In this document: positions 9,443 through 18,383 of the stretch, one piece after another
Layout: each line of letters starts with the position of its first letter
How positions within the stretch are numbered: the first letter of the stretch is position 1
From: Dehalococcoidia bacterium
GTDB lineage: Bacteria; Chloroflexota; Dehalococcoidia; Lucifugimonadales; UBA2985
Direction of reading: 5' to 3'
Length of the DNA: 64,000 nucleotides
Assembly: GCA_034422115.1 (NCBI GenBank)
Contig: DAOUJW010000015.1
Coordinates: 27,771-91,770 of the forward strand
The notes under the pieces: model-generated
Database searches by the model: none
The model's input: the letters and a program-made list of their open reading frames with translations, nothing else
Told to the model about the DNA's origin: nothing
Position numbers and translations under genes: made by a program

Positions 9443-9973
9443 ATGGCCGATAGACACATTCTAGGACTTTTTGACAACGCGGAGACGGCCGCAGACGCCA
9501 CCGACGTTCTTCTGGAGGCGGGATGCGCCCAGGAGGACTACGACGTCCTCACCGGCAGCCCCTACCCTGATGGAGCATTCGGAGAGAAGACACCGACCCA
9601 TCACGTCTACGTTTTTCCGATTGTGGGCGCTCTGATGGGCCTGACGGTGGCCGTGCTCCTCACGTCTGGCACCCAGATAGCCTATCCGCTGGTCACGGGC
9701 GGCAAGCCCATCCTGGCCATTCCCGCAATGACCATCATTTCCTACGAAGCGACCCTTCTCGGCGCGGTGCTGTTTACCATTCTGGGCATCATCTTCGAGT
9801 CCCGGCTGCCAAGGCCAAGGCTGGACCCCTATGACCCGCGCATAACGGAAGGATACATCGGACTGATTGTGAAGTGCCCTGAAGAGAGACTGGACACCGT
9901 TGACCAGGCCCTGCGCCGGGGCAACGCGGTGGACGTAATCCACGAAAAAGGTAGGCCGTTTTGGATGCCGTAG
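9443..9973 (+). CDS. actD: ActD (DUF3341-type membrane subunit of ACIII)
   Basis: MADRHILGLFDNAETAADATDVLLEAG... N-terminal soluble domain plus two TM helices; sits after an NrfD-like gene. Confidence 0.75.
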   Translation: MADRHILGLFDNAETAADATDVLLEAGCAQEDYDVLTGSPYPDGAFGEKTPTHHVYVFPIVGALMGLTVAVLLTSGTQIAYPLVTGGKPILAIPAMTIISYEATLLGAVLFTILGIIFESRLPRPRLDPYDPRITEGYIGLIVKCPEERLDTVDQALRRGNAVDVIHEKGRPFWMP

Positions 9974-10014
9974 CCAGGCAGCGCGGTAAGACGCGCTCAA
10001 TCCTGAGAAGGCCC

Positions 10015-10581
10015 ATGCCGGGCCTTACGCTGGCCGCCCTTGTGCTGGCCGTCGCCGCCATCGGCTGTCTGCCGTGGGGCAGGGGCGCCTACCAGGTTGA
10101 CGTCTTCGGAGAGATGCACTACACCCAGGTGCACCGCTCCCAGGAGCCGCCCCGTCTCTATCCGCCGGAAGACTCCGTTCCCTTCCAGCTGGTCGGCGAC
10201 GGGTCCCTTGAAGTGCATCAGATGATGGCTATGGAGATGAGCGACCAGAGCGCGGCCATGGGCGAGAGCCTGTACGCCGTCAACTGCGCCGTTTGCCACG
10301 GCATGGCCGGCAAGGGCGACGGCTCCATGAGCCCGTTCCTGCTCAAGTGGGGCGCAGTTGCGCCTACAGACCTCACAGCCGCGGCCACCGTTGAGAGGAC
10401 AGACGAGATGCTGTTCGACCTCATCTCGGAAGGCGGCCCGACAAAGCTGGCGCTGGCCGAGGCCGGTCAGGACTCCAACATCGTCGGCAACACCATCTCC
10501 ATGCCGGTCTTCTGGAAGCTCCTGAACGAGAAGGATCGGTGGGCGCTGGTCCATCACGTACGGGCGCTCCAGAGCCAGTAG
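10015..10581 (+). CDS. actE: ActE: lipid-anchored monohaem cytochrome c
   Basis: Lipobox LAVAAIGC and a single CAVCHG. ATG 10015 preferred; the track start TTG 9961 overlaps actD. Confidence 0.75.
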   Translation: MPGLTLAALVLAVAAIGCLPWGRGAYQVDVFGEMHYTQVHRSQEPPRLYPPEDSVPFQLVGDGSLEVHQMMAMEMSDQSAAMGESLYAVNCAVCHGMAGKGDGSMSPFLLKWGAVAPTDLTAAATVERTDEMLFDLISEGGPTKLALAEAGQDSNIVGNTISMPVFWKLLNEKDRWALVHHVRALQSQ

Positions 10582-10615
10582 CAGAAGCCCAATTAGAGCA
10601 GATAGCAACTTACCA

Positions 10616-10675
10616 AGCGCCGCTCCCGGAACAAGGGAGTGGCGCTTAAACTTCCCTCTTCTTTTTGCCTCTGGA
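10616..10675 (+). terminator. Intrinsic terminator after actE
   Basis: 12-bp stem AGCGCCGCTCCC / GGGAGTGGCGCT (one G-T pair), loop GGAACAA, then a T-rich tract CTTCCCTCTTCTTTTT. Confidence 0.6.
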
Positions 10676-10771
10676 CATGCCGCCATAGTAAGGGTGTATC
10701 CTATTGGCGGGATGCCCTGAGTGTCCCCCATTAGGAGGCCTTTGCACAACTTTAGATGAAGCCCCAAATCA

Positions 10772-10881
10772 TGTCATTCTGAGCGAAGCGAAGAATCCAG
10801 AGCGTTCCTCTTGTGTACATCGCAATTTTGCGGGCAGAGGCTTTAGATTCTTCACTTCGCTGCGCTGCGTTCAGAATGACA
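10772..10881. repeat. Family C TIR repeat (TGTCATTCTGA...TCAGAATGACA)
   Basis: 110-nt element with terminal inverted repeats; copies at 17282-17413 and 53433-53544. Confidence 0.85.
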
Positions 10882-10948
10882 GTTGGCGCGCTTATCCTGT
10901 GCCATCCCACAGTTATTCAGAGGTCTCCAATTAGGAAACGAGTCTAGT

Positions 10949-12205
10949 ATGCAGACCACCACCACTCAACGCCGCCCGCGCCTCCAGGTGTTCACGGCCC
11001 TCAAACACGGGGGCTTCCGGCGCTTCTGGCTGGGCATGGTCGCCTCAGTCATGGGCTTCCAGATAATGACCGTGGCCCAGGCGTGGCTCATTTACGACCT
11101 GACGGACTCCAAGTTCTACCTGGGATACGTGGGGCTGGCGGCGGGGCTGCCCGCAATTGTCCTGAACCTGTTCGGCGGGGTGATTGCCGACAAGGTGAAC
11201 CAGCGCCGCCTGCTCATCGCCACACAGGTCTTCTCAAGCGTGGTCATGCTTGCACTGGCAATGCTCACCCTTGCGGGGCTGGTGGAGCCGTGGCACATTA
11301 TCGCAAGCGCATTCCTCATAGGCTCAGTCCAGGCCTTCGACACCCCCACGCGGCAGGCGTTGTTCCCGCACCTGATAGACCGGGAGGACATGCTGAACGC
11401 CGTTGCCCTCAACTCCATGGTGTGGCAGGGGACGCGGGTCATTGGGCCGGCCATCGGCGGCGTCATAATCGGGACCAGGCTGGGGGTGTCTCCCGGCTTC
11501 TTCGCTCCCTTCCTGGGGTTCCTGATGATGGCGGTGATGGTATCCACCCTGCGGCTGCCACCCATCAAGCGGGCGGAGGGAGGGTCCTTCCTCCACGACA
11601 TGGCCCAGGGCATCAACTTCGTGCGCACCAACACCATCTTCGCCTTTCTCATCAGCATGACCTTCTTCAACAGCATCTTCGGCATGTCCTACATCTTCAT
11701 GCTCCCCGTCTTTGCCAGGGACATCTTTGAAGTGGGCAGCGCCGGGCTGGGAGTTCTGCACGCAGTCTCAGGCGTGGGCGCGGTGCTGGGCACCCTGATA
11801 ACGGCGTCCCTGGGCAACTTCCGGCACAAGGGGCTGCTGGTGCTGGGGGGCGCAGTGCTGTTCGGCGCATTCCTCATACTCTTTGCAGCCGCAGGATCGA
11901 TATTCGTTCTCTTCCCACTCAGCCTGGTCTTCATATTCTGCGTGGGCGTGAGCACGTCGATGTACATGATCACCATAATGAGCACCCTCCAGCTTATGGT
12001 CCCCGACCACCTGCGAGGCCGGGTCATGGGCATCTACGGCATGACGTGGAGCCTCCTGCCGGTGGGCGCTATGCAGGCGGGCGCGATCGCCGAGTACACC
12101 AGCGCGCCCCTCGCGGTCGCCGTCGGAGGCGCGGCGGTCATCGTGTACGCCGTTGCGATGGGCATCGGCAATCGGCAGGTGCGCACGCTGAGTCCTGAGG
12201 CATAG
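10949..12205 (+). CDS. MFS transporter (EntS/MFS_3-like)
   Basis: FRRFWLGMVASVMGFQIMTVAQAWLIYDLTDSKFYLGYVGLAAGLP..., 12 TM. ATG 10949 is preferred to track start 10883, which lies inside the family C repeat. Confidence 0.85.
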   Translation: MQTTTTQRRPRLQVFTALKHGGFRRFWLGMVASVMGFQIMTVAQAWLIYDLTDSKFYLGYVGLAAGLPAIVLNLFGGVIADKVNQRRLLIATQVFSSVVMLALAMLTLAGLVEPWHIIASAFLIGSVQAFDTPTRQALFPHLIDREDMLNAVALNSMVWQGTRVIGPAIGGVIIGTRLGVSPGFFAPFLGFLMMAVMVSTLRLPPIKRAEGGSFLHDMAQGINFVRTNTIFAFLISMTFFNSIFGMSYIFMLPVFARDIFEVGSAGLGVLHAVSGVGAVLGTLITASLGNFRHKGLLVLGGAVLFGAFLILFAAAGSIFVLFPLSLVFIFCVGVSTSMYMITIMSTLQLMVPDHLRGRVMGIYGMTWSLLPVGAMQAGAIAEYTSAPLAVAVGGAAVIVYAVAMGIGNRQVRTLSPEA

Positions 12206-12253
12206 GCATCGACGGGAAAGCGACGGAATCGCCCGAATTCGCCCCAAACGCCC

Positions 12254-12282
12254 TTGCCCTTGAAGCACGCTGCCTGTACAAT
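12254..12282 (+). promoter_or_regulatory. Sigma70-like promoter upstream of rplS
   Basis: TTGCCC, 17-nt spacer, TACAAT (12277-12282). Confidence 0.4.
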
Positions 12283-12337
12283 ACCAGTCGAATTTCTTCA
12301 AGACATAGAGAGCGAAGCAGACGCAGAAGGGCACATC

Positions 12338-12691
12338 ATGGACGTAGACACCATCATCCCCCTTGAGGAAAACCCCAAGATTGAGGCGTTCAGGCCGGGA
12401 GACACCGTGAAGGTCACCATCCGGGTGAGGGAAGGGGAGCGGGAGCGGCTCCAGGCGTTCCAGGGAGCGGTTATCCGCAGGAGAGGCGGCGGGCCGGGTT
12501 CCACCTTCACCGTGCGACGCGTGTCCCACGGCATTGGCGTCGAGCGCACCTTTGCCTACTACTCTCCGGTGGTCGATTCCGTAGAGGTCATGCGACGGGG
12601 CAAAGTCCGCCGCGCGCGGCTGTACTACCTGCGAGGCCGCCACGGGCGGGCCGCCCGCATCAAGGAAGACAGAAGCCGCTCCAGGGGGTAG
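12338..12691 (+). CDS. rplS: 50S ribosomal protein L19
   Basis: [55 protein letters not shown]; ATG 12338 preferred to track start 12254. Confidence 0.9.
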   Translation: MDVDTIIPLEENPKIEAFRPGDTVKVTIRVREGERERLQAFQGAVIRRRGGGPGSTFTVRRVSHGIGVERTFAYYSPVVDSVEVMRRGKVRRARLYYLRGRHGRAARIKEDRSRSRG

Positions 12692-12737
12692 GGCTGCCTC
12701 CCCACATTCCCACGTACAGCCATAACCCCTCCGCAAG

Positions 12738-15149
12738 ATGATGAAGTACGCCGAGGTGGCCGTAGACGCCCCCACGGGGTATGACCGCACCTTCACGTAC
12801 TCCATACCCTCCGGCCTGACCCTCAAGCCGGGCCATCTGGTGCACGCGCCCTTTGGCCCCAGGGTGCTGCCCGGCATTGTGTTCCGTCTGAGCAACGAGT
12901 CTCCCGTACAGGAGACCAGAGAGATAACGGGCGCGTCCCGCGACCAGCCCGTTCTTTCGCCCGATCATCTGTCCCTGGCCCGCTGGATAAGCGACTACTA
13001 CATGGCGCCCCTCTACGAGTGCGCCGCGCTGATGATGCAGCCGGGCATTCTGGAGCGCATACGCAGCTACTACTCCCTAGCCGCCGAGGCCACTTCCGGG
13101 CAGAAGCTGTCTCCGGCCCAGAGCCGGGTGATGGACTACCTGGCCTCCAGAGATAGGGTGGAGCGCGGCGCCTTGCTCAGGGCGATGGGGCCAAGGATTG
13201 AGTCTACCCTGAGAACCCTGGAGCGGCGCGGCCTGGTGGAGGTGTCCTCGGAGTGGCAGAAGCCGACCGTGAGGCCCAGGTACGTAACCCACCTTGAGCC
13301 TGCCCCGTCCGCCGACGGCGCAGAGGAGAGCCTGAGCCCCTTGCAGGCGGCGCTGCTCGACTACGTCCGGGAGCAGGGGGGGCCTGTTCCCCGCGCCGAG
13401 GCCACCAGGGAGTTCGGGCAGTACGCTGTAAGTGCTCTGGAGAAGAAGGGCCTGGTGCGCCGCGTGCAAGTTCACGTGGAGCGGGACCCTCTCAGAGGGC
13501 GCGTCTTTACGCCGGACGAGCCGCCCAACCTCACGCCGGAGCAGCAGCGGGCCGTCAGCGTCATAGAGGCCGCAATAGACAGCCCCTCCTCTGAAGCGTT
13601 CCTCCTCCACGGCGTCACCGGAAGCGGCAAGACGGAGGTGTACCTCCGGGCCCTGGCCCACGCCATGAGCAGCGGGAAGCGGGGCATTGTGATTGTGCCG
13701 GAGCTGTCCCTGACACCCCAGACCATAGAGCGGTTCAGCAGTCGGTTTCCGGGGCAGGTGGCGGTCCAGCACAGCGGCCTGTCCCCGGGGGAGCGCTTCG
13801 ACCAGTGGTGGCGCATAAAGGAGGGCGCATACGGGGTGGCGATAGGCGCGCGCAGCGCCGTATTCGCGCCGCAGCCCGACCTTGGGCTGATAGTAATCGA
13901 CGAGGAGCACGAGCCGAGCTACAAGCAGGACGACGCGCCCCGCTATCACGCGCGGGAGGCGGCCCTGAAGCTGGCGGAGTTGACCGGGGCCGTAGTCATT
14001 CTCGGCACCGCCACGCCGGACGTTGTCACCTACACACGCGCAGTCAACGGTCGCTACAGGCTGCTGACCCTGCCGGACCGCATAGCGGCTGCGACGGCTC
14101 AGCGTTCCAACGGGATGGCCGCTCAGCCCTCGGTACAGGTCGTAGACCTGCGCCGTGAGCTGGAGGAGGGCAACCGGAGCATCTTCAGCCGCGCCCTGAG
14201 CGGGGCTATGGGCCGCGCCATAGAGGCCGGCGAACAGGTGATGCTCTACCTGAACCGCAGGGGGAGCGGCGGCATGGTGCAGTGCCGCGACTGCGGACAC
14301 GTGATGCGTTGCAGCCGGTGCGACTTCACCCTGACCCACCACGCCCAGGCGGACAGGCTTATCTGCCACCAGTGCAACTATCGTCGCAACCCGCCGGGCC
14401 AGTGCCCCAAGTGCCGCAGCCGCCAGATTCGCTACCTGGGCCTTGGGACGCAGCGCGTGGTGGAGGAGCTGGAAAAGGAGTATCCCGGCGTCACTACGCT
14501 TCGCTGGGACAGGGACGCTGCGTCCGCAAAGGGCGCACACGAGAGGATTATGGAGAGCTTTCGCCAGGGAGAAGCCCAGGCGCTGGTGGGCACGCAGATG
14601 ATTGCCAAGGGCCTCCATTTCCCCAACGTGACCCTTGTGGGCGTGCTGTGCGCGGATATCGGCCTCTTTATCCCGGACTTTCACGCCGGTGAGCGGGTCT
14701 TCCAGCTTCTCTGCCAGGTGTCGGGGCGGACGGGCAGGGGGCCTCTGGGCGGGCAGGTCATTCTCCAGACGTACTCGCCCGGCCACTACGCCGTCACCTC
14801 TGCGTCGGCCCAGGACTACACCAGCTTCTACGACGACGAAATGGCCTACCGCCGCGAGCAGATGCTGCCTCCAACTTCGCGCCTCATCCGCCTGGTTTAC
14901 GCCGACATCAGCCAGGACGTATGCCAGCGGGAGGCGGATCGCCTGGGCGATGAGCTGAAGCGGCAGCGCCTCGCCTGGGGCCTCACGGACACCGACATCC
15001 TGGGCCCGGCTCCCGCCTTTCCGCCCCGTCTGAGGGGTCGGTATCGCTGGCACATCATCCTCAGGGGACGCGATCCCCGGTCGCTGCTGGAGAAGGCGCA
15101 GATCCCCCAGGGCTGGGCCGTGGACGTAGACCCGATTTCGGTCGCATAA
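12738..15149 (+). CDS. priA: Primosomal protein N' (replication restart helicase PriA)
   Basis: HGVTGSGKTEVY Walker A, DEEHE box, Zn-binding CRDCGHVMRCSRCDFTLTHH...CHQC...CPKC. Confidence 0.9.
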   Translation: MMKYAEVAVDAPTGYDRTFTYSIPSGLTLKPGHLVHAPFGPRVLPGIVFRLSNESPVQETREITGASRDQPVLSPDHLSLARWISDYYMAPLYECAALMMQPGILERIRSYYSLAAEATSGQKLSPAQSRVMDYLASRDRVERGALLRAMGPRIESTLRTLERRGLVEVSSEWQKPTVRPRYVTHLEPAPSADGAEESLSPLQAALLDYVREQGGPVPRAEATREFGQYAVSALEKKGLVRRVQVHVERDPLRGRVFTPDEPPNLTPEQQRAVSVIEAAIDSPSSEAFLLHGVTGSGKTEVYLRALAHAMSSGKRGIVIVPELSLTPQTIERFSSRFPGQVAVQHSGLSPGERFDQWWRIKEGAYGVAIGARSAVFAPQPDLGLIVIDEEHEPSYKQDDAPRYHAREAALKLAELTGAVVILGTATPDVVTYTRAVNGRYRLLTLPDRIAAATAQRSNGMAAQPSVQVVDLRRELEEGNRSIFSRALSGAMGRAIEAGEQVMLYLNRRGSGGMVQCRDCGHVMRCSRCDFTLTHHAQADRLICHQCNYRRNPPGQCPKCRSRQIRYLGLGTQRVVEELEKEYPGVTTLRWDRDAASAKGAHERIMESFRQGEAQALVGTQMIAKGLHFPNVTLVGVLCADIGLFIPDFHAGERVFQLLCQVSGRTGRGPLGGQVILQTYSPGHYAVTSASAQDYTSFYDDEMAYRREQMLPPTSRLIRLVYADISQDVCQREADRLGDELKRQRLAWGLTDTDILGPAPAFPPRLRGRYRWHIILRGRDPRSLLEKAQIPQGWAVDVDPISVA

Positions 15150-15163
15150 GACGGCCAATCGCA

Positions 15164-15192
15164 TTTACACGCGCTATACCCGCTACTATAAT
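15164..15192 (+). promoter_or_regulatory. Sigma70-like promoter upstream of def
   Basis: TTTACA (15164-15169), 17-nt spacer, TATAAT (15187-15192); AGGAGG 6 nt before TTG 15229. Confidence 0.5.
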
Positions 15193-15228
15193 TGGCGAGG
15201 AAAGCGATAAATCGCCAGGAGGCAGCAG

Positions 15229-15711
15229 TTGACTGTATTGAACCTTCGCACACTGCCTGACCCCGTCCTGCGACAGAAGGCGAGACGGGTCACAAGGATA
15301 GACGACACTCTTCAGAAGCTCATAGACGACATGATAGACACCATGCGGGCGGCCTCCGGCGTAGGGCTGGCGGCCAACCAGGTGGGCGTGCTCCAGAGGG
15401 TAGTGGTCATCGAGATACCGGAGGAGGAAGAGGTGCGGGTGCTCATCAACCCGGAGATAACCCGCAGGGAAGGGGAGAGGGTGGTTGAGGAGGGGTGCCT
15501 GAGCATTCCGGGCTACCGGGGCGAGCTGACCCGCTCTTTGAAGGTGCGGGCGCGTGCCCTTGACCGCGACGGCAACACTGTGCGAATCAGGGCGGAGGGC
15601 CTCCTGGCGCAGGCCCTGGAGCACGAGACGGACCACATCAACGGGACCCTCTACATCGACCACCTTGAGAGCTCGGACAAGCTCTGGAAGCTGGAGCCGC
15701 AGGAGGCCTGA
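15229..15711 (+). CDS. def: Peptide deformylase
   Basis: GVGLAANQVG, EGCLSIPG and HETDHINGTLYID motifs; TTG start. Confidence 0.9.
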   Translation: MTVLNLRTLPDPVLRQKARRVTRIDDTLQKLIDDMIDTMRAASGVGLAANQVGVLQRVVVIEIPEEEEVRVLINPEITRREGERVVEEGCLSIPGYRGELTRSLKVRARALDRDGNTVRIRAEGLLAQALEHETDHINGTLYIDHLESSDKLWKLEPQEA

Positions 15712-15728
15712 TCCCACACCGAGGCGAC

Positions 15729-17243
15729 TTGAACCCCCGCAGCCCTGCCAGAATCACCGGCTCACCGGTATCCCCCGATACTCTGCCCTTGCTCCGCGCC
15801 CTTGCGGAGTTCTTTGCCAGCCGCTCCGTGACGGCTTACCTGGCCGGCGGGTCTATCAGAGACGCGCTCCTTGGACGGCAGCCCGTAGACATTGACGTTG
15901 CCGTCGGCGGAGACGCCGCGTCCCTGGCCCGTGATCTTGCCGAGGCAACGGGCGGCAGCTTCGTCTCCCTGAACGAGGCCCACGCCGCGGCCAGGGTGGT
16001 GCTGCCGGAGGAGTGGAGCGCAAAGGTTGGGCAGTCCGCGAGAGTGCAGGTGGACCTGACGGCATACGGGCAGGACATCGCCCGGGACCTGGCTCGCAGG
16101 GACTTCACCATAGACGCCTTGGCCCTCTCCCTGGACGACGCCCTGGGCGAATCGCCAGCGGAGAGGCTGATAGACCCCCTTGGCGGCCTGGCCGACCTGG
16201 AAGCCGCAACGCTCAGGCCTGCGTCGGAGCGCGCCTTCCAGGACGATCCCGCACGGCTTCTGCGAGGCGTGCGGCTGGCGGCTCAGTTGGGCTTCACGCT
16301 GGACGACGCCGCGCGGCTCATAAGGCGGGACGCCCACCTGCTGACCACCGTGTCACCTGAACGCCTGCGGGACGAGTTTCTGAAGACCCTGGCAGAGCCG
16401 GGGGCGTCCCGCCACCTGCGGCTAATGGACGACCTGGGTCTGCTGTGCAGGCTCATCCCTGAGCTGGAGGAGGCCCGGGACGTGGAGCAGCCCCCGGAGC
16501 ACTACTGGAACGTCTTCTACCACTGCGTAGAGGCCCCCAGCGCCCTGGAGCAGGTCACGGACAGGGAAGGCATGGCAAACAGCGAGGTCCTCGCCTGTGT
16601 GCCCTGGCACTCCTCCCTGGACAACTACTTCGACGAGGAGTTCAGCGACGGCCACACGCGCCGCACCATTATCAAGCTGGGGTGCCTCCTCCACGACATA
16701 TCCAAGCCCGCCACCAAGACCGTCGAGCCTACGGGCCGCATACGGTTCATAGGTCACGACGCCCAGGGCGCGGAGGTGTGCGATACGGTGCTCCGCCGCC
16801 TGCGCTTCAGCAGCCGGGCCACCCACCTGGTGAGCGCGATGGTGAAGCACCACCTGCGCCCAACGCAGATGAGGCAGGGTGTGGAGCTTCCCACACAACG
16901 GGCCGTCTACCGGTTCTTCCGCGACCTGGAGACCGCGGCCGTAGACACTCTATACCTCAACCTGGCGGACTACCTGTCGGCCAAGGGCCCCAGGGTTGTA
17001 GACAAGGACGACTGGCAGGGACACTGCGCCCTGATAGGCCACATCCTCCACCAGGGGCTGGGAGAGCGCCAAGACCTGCAGAAGGCCCCGCGGCTGGTGG
17101 ACGGCCATGCGCTCATGGAGGCCCTGGGCCTGAACCCCGGGCGCGCCTTGGGACGCCTTCTGGAGGCCATAGAGGAGGCGCAGGGGGCAGGGGATATCTC
17201 CACCCGTGAAGAGGCCCTTGCGCTTGCCAGACGGCTGCTGTAA
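15729..17243 (+). CDS. cca: CCA-adding tRNA nucleotidyltransferase / poly(A) polymerase family protein with HD domain
   Basis: GGSIRDALLGRQPVDIDVAV, RRDFTIDALA; C-terminal HD region (LLHDISKP...GHD). Confidence 0.8.
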   Translation: MNPRSPARITGSPVSPDTLPLLRALAEFFASRSVTAYLAGGSIRDALLGRQPVDIDVAVGGDAASLARDLAEATGGSFVSLNEAHAAARVVLPEEWSAKVGQSARVQVDLTAYGQDIARDLARRDFTIDALALSLDDALGESPAERLIDPLGGLADLEAATLRPASERAFQDDPARLLRGVRLAAQLGFTLDDAARLIRRDAHLLTTVSPERLRDEFLKTLAEPGASRHLRLMDDLGLLCRLIPELEEARDVEQPPEHYWNVFYHCVEAPSALEQVTDREGMANSEVLACVPWHSSLDNYFDEEFSDGHTRRTIIKLGCLLHDISKPATKTVEPTGRIRFIGHDAQGAEVCDTVLRRLRFSSRATHLVSAMVKHHLRPTQMRQGVELPTQRAVYRFFRDLETAAVDTLYLNLADYLSAKGPRVVDKDDWQGHCALIGHILHQGLGERQDLQKAPRLVDGHALMEALGLNPGRALGRLLEAIEEAQGAGDISTREEALALARRLL

Positions 17244-17281
17244 GACCACTCTACAGGTTTATCCCAAGGACCTTCACTCAC

Positions 17282-17413
17282 TGTCATTCTGAACGCAGCG
17301 CAGCGGAGTGAAGAATCCAAAGTCTCTGTCGCAATGCTGCGATGTCCGTAGGCGAAAACCCTGGATTCTTCGCGAAGTTTACCCTGAGCACAGCCGAAGG
17401 GCTCAGAATGACA
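17282..17413. repeat. Family C TIR repeat
   Basis: TGTCATTCTGAACGCAGCGCAGCGGAGTGAAGAATCC...GGATTCTTCGCG...GCTCAGAATGACA. Confidence 0.85.
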
Positions 17414-17479
17414 GTGTGCGGGGCTTGGTCACGGGTTCCAAAAAGGTCTGCGTAGGCGGGAGTCCACGCCCTACGCCAC

Positions 17480-17534
17480 CTGGATTCCCGCTCGGGGCCT
17501 GCCCCGTACCTCGATACGGGGGCGGGAATGACGG
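17480..17534. repeat. Family B-type arm carrying an inserted CCCCGTA-loop-TACGGGG hairpin
   Basis: CTGGATTCCCG...CCTGCCCCGTACCTCGATACGGGGG...CGGGAATGACGG. The same hairpin module recurs inside repeats at 53310-53335 and 61720-61745. Confidence 0.7.
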
Positions 17535-17604
17535 GAACATTGGACTGCGACACCAACATATTGTGTACCTCTTATAGAAAGGCACAAACTAGGGTAGAAA
17601 ACAC

Positions 17605-17632
17605 TTGACAGGCTAACACTTCGTTTTATATC
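17605..17632 (+). promoter_or_regulatory. Sigma70-like promoter for nrdR-nrdJ
   Basis: TTGACA (17605-17610), 16-nt spacer, TATATC (17627-17632) in an AT-rich 170-nt gap. Confidence 0.5.
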
Positions 17633-17733
17633 ATCCCCATATTGTCGCCAAGAAAGGGAGATGCACATCATCTTGTGGTTTTGTCCCGTCTTGATTCAAG
17701 GTATACGGGATTCAGATCTGAGTACAGAGTGCA

Positions 17734-18312
17734 ATGCGCTGCCCATACTGCAACCACCCGGAATCAAAGGTCATCGACTCCAGGGACTCCACGGAGGGCG
17801 TCCGCCGGAGGCGGGAGTGCATGCAGTGCGGGCTGCGCTACACCACCTATGAGCGCATCCAGACAACGGCCCTCATGGTGGCCAAGCGCGATACCAGGAG
17901 AGAAGAGTACAACCGGGACAAGCTGATAAACAGCATACTCAAGGCCTGCGTCAAGCGGCCCCTTCCCACCGGCCGCATTGAGAAGCTGGTTGACGAGATT
18001 GAGACCGAGCTTCAGCAGCTGGGGAGGGCGGAGATCCAGAGCTCTCAAATCGGTGAGATGGTCATGGAGCGGCTCCGGGCCCTGGACAGGGTCGCCTACA
18101 TGCGCTTTGCCAGCGTGTACCGTGACTTCGCAGACATAGAGAGCTTCAAGGAGGAGGTGGAGGCGCTGCAGGAGGCCCTTGAGCGGGAGGTTCCCAGCCC
18201 GCAGCTGCCCTTGATACCGGACGAGCCGCCGACCCGCAGGCGTCGAGGCAGGCGGCCGCGAGTCGCCCCCGGGATGCCAATGGACCTGGGCGGCGGAGCA
18301 ACGCCTACATAG
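17734..18312 (+). CDS. nrdR: Transcriptional repressor NrdR
   Basis: MRCPYCNHPESKVIDSRDSTEGVRRRRECMQCGLRYTTYERI zinc ribbon plus ATP-cone. Has a Pro/Arg-rich C-terminal tail. Confidence 0.9.
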   Translation: MRCPYCNHPESKVIDSRDSTEGVRRRRECMQCGLRYTTYERIQTTALMVAKRDTRREEYNRDKLINSILKACVKRPLPTGRIEKLVDEIETELQQLGRAEIQSSQIGEMVMERLRALDRVAYMRFASVYRDFADIESFKEEVEALQEALEREVPSPQLPLIPDEPPTRRRRGRRPRVAPGMPMDLGGGATPT

Positions 18313-18383
18313 CAGAAGAACCTACGCCAGAGTCCCCCCAAGGCTTGGCGTACAGCAAAGAGGAACTGAGAGAGGAGACAGCC

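Noticed and set aside
10883-10948. Upstream extension of the MFS ORF (track start 10883)
   Set aside because: The extension lies in the right end of the family C repeat. ATG 10949 gives a normal MFS N-terminus.
13077-15164. 695-aa ORF on the minus strand
   Set aside because: It is antisense to priA, which has unmistakable helicase and Zn-finger motifs. Its Arg/Pro/Gly/Ala-rich low-complexity translation is typical of stop-poor shadow frames in high-GC DNA.
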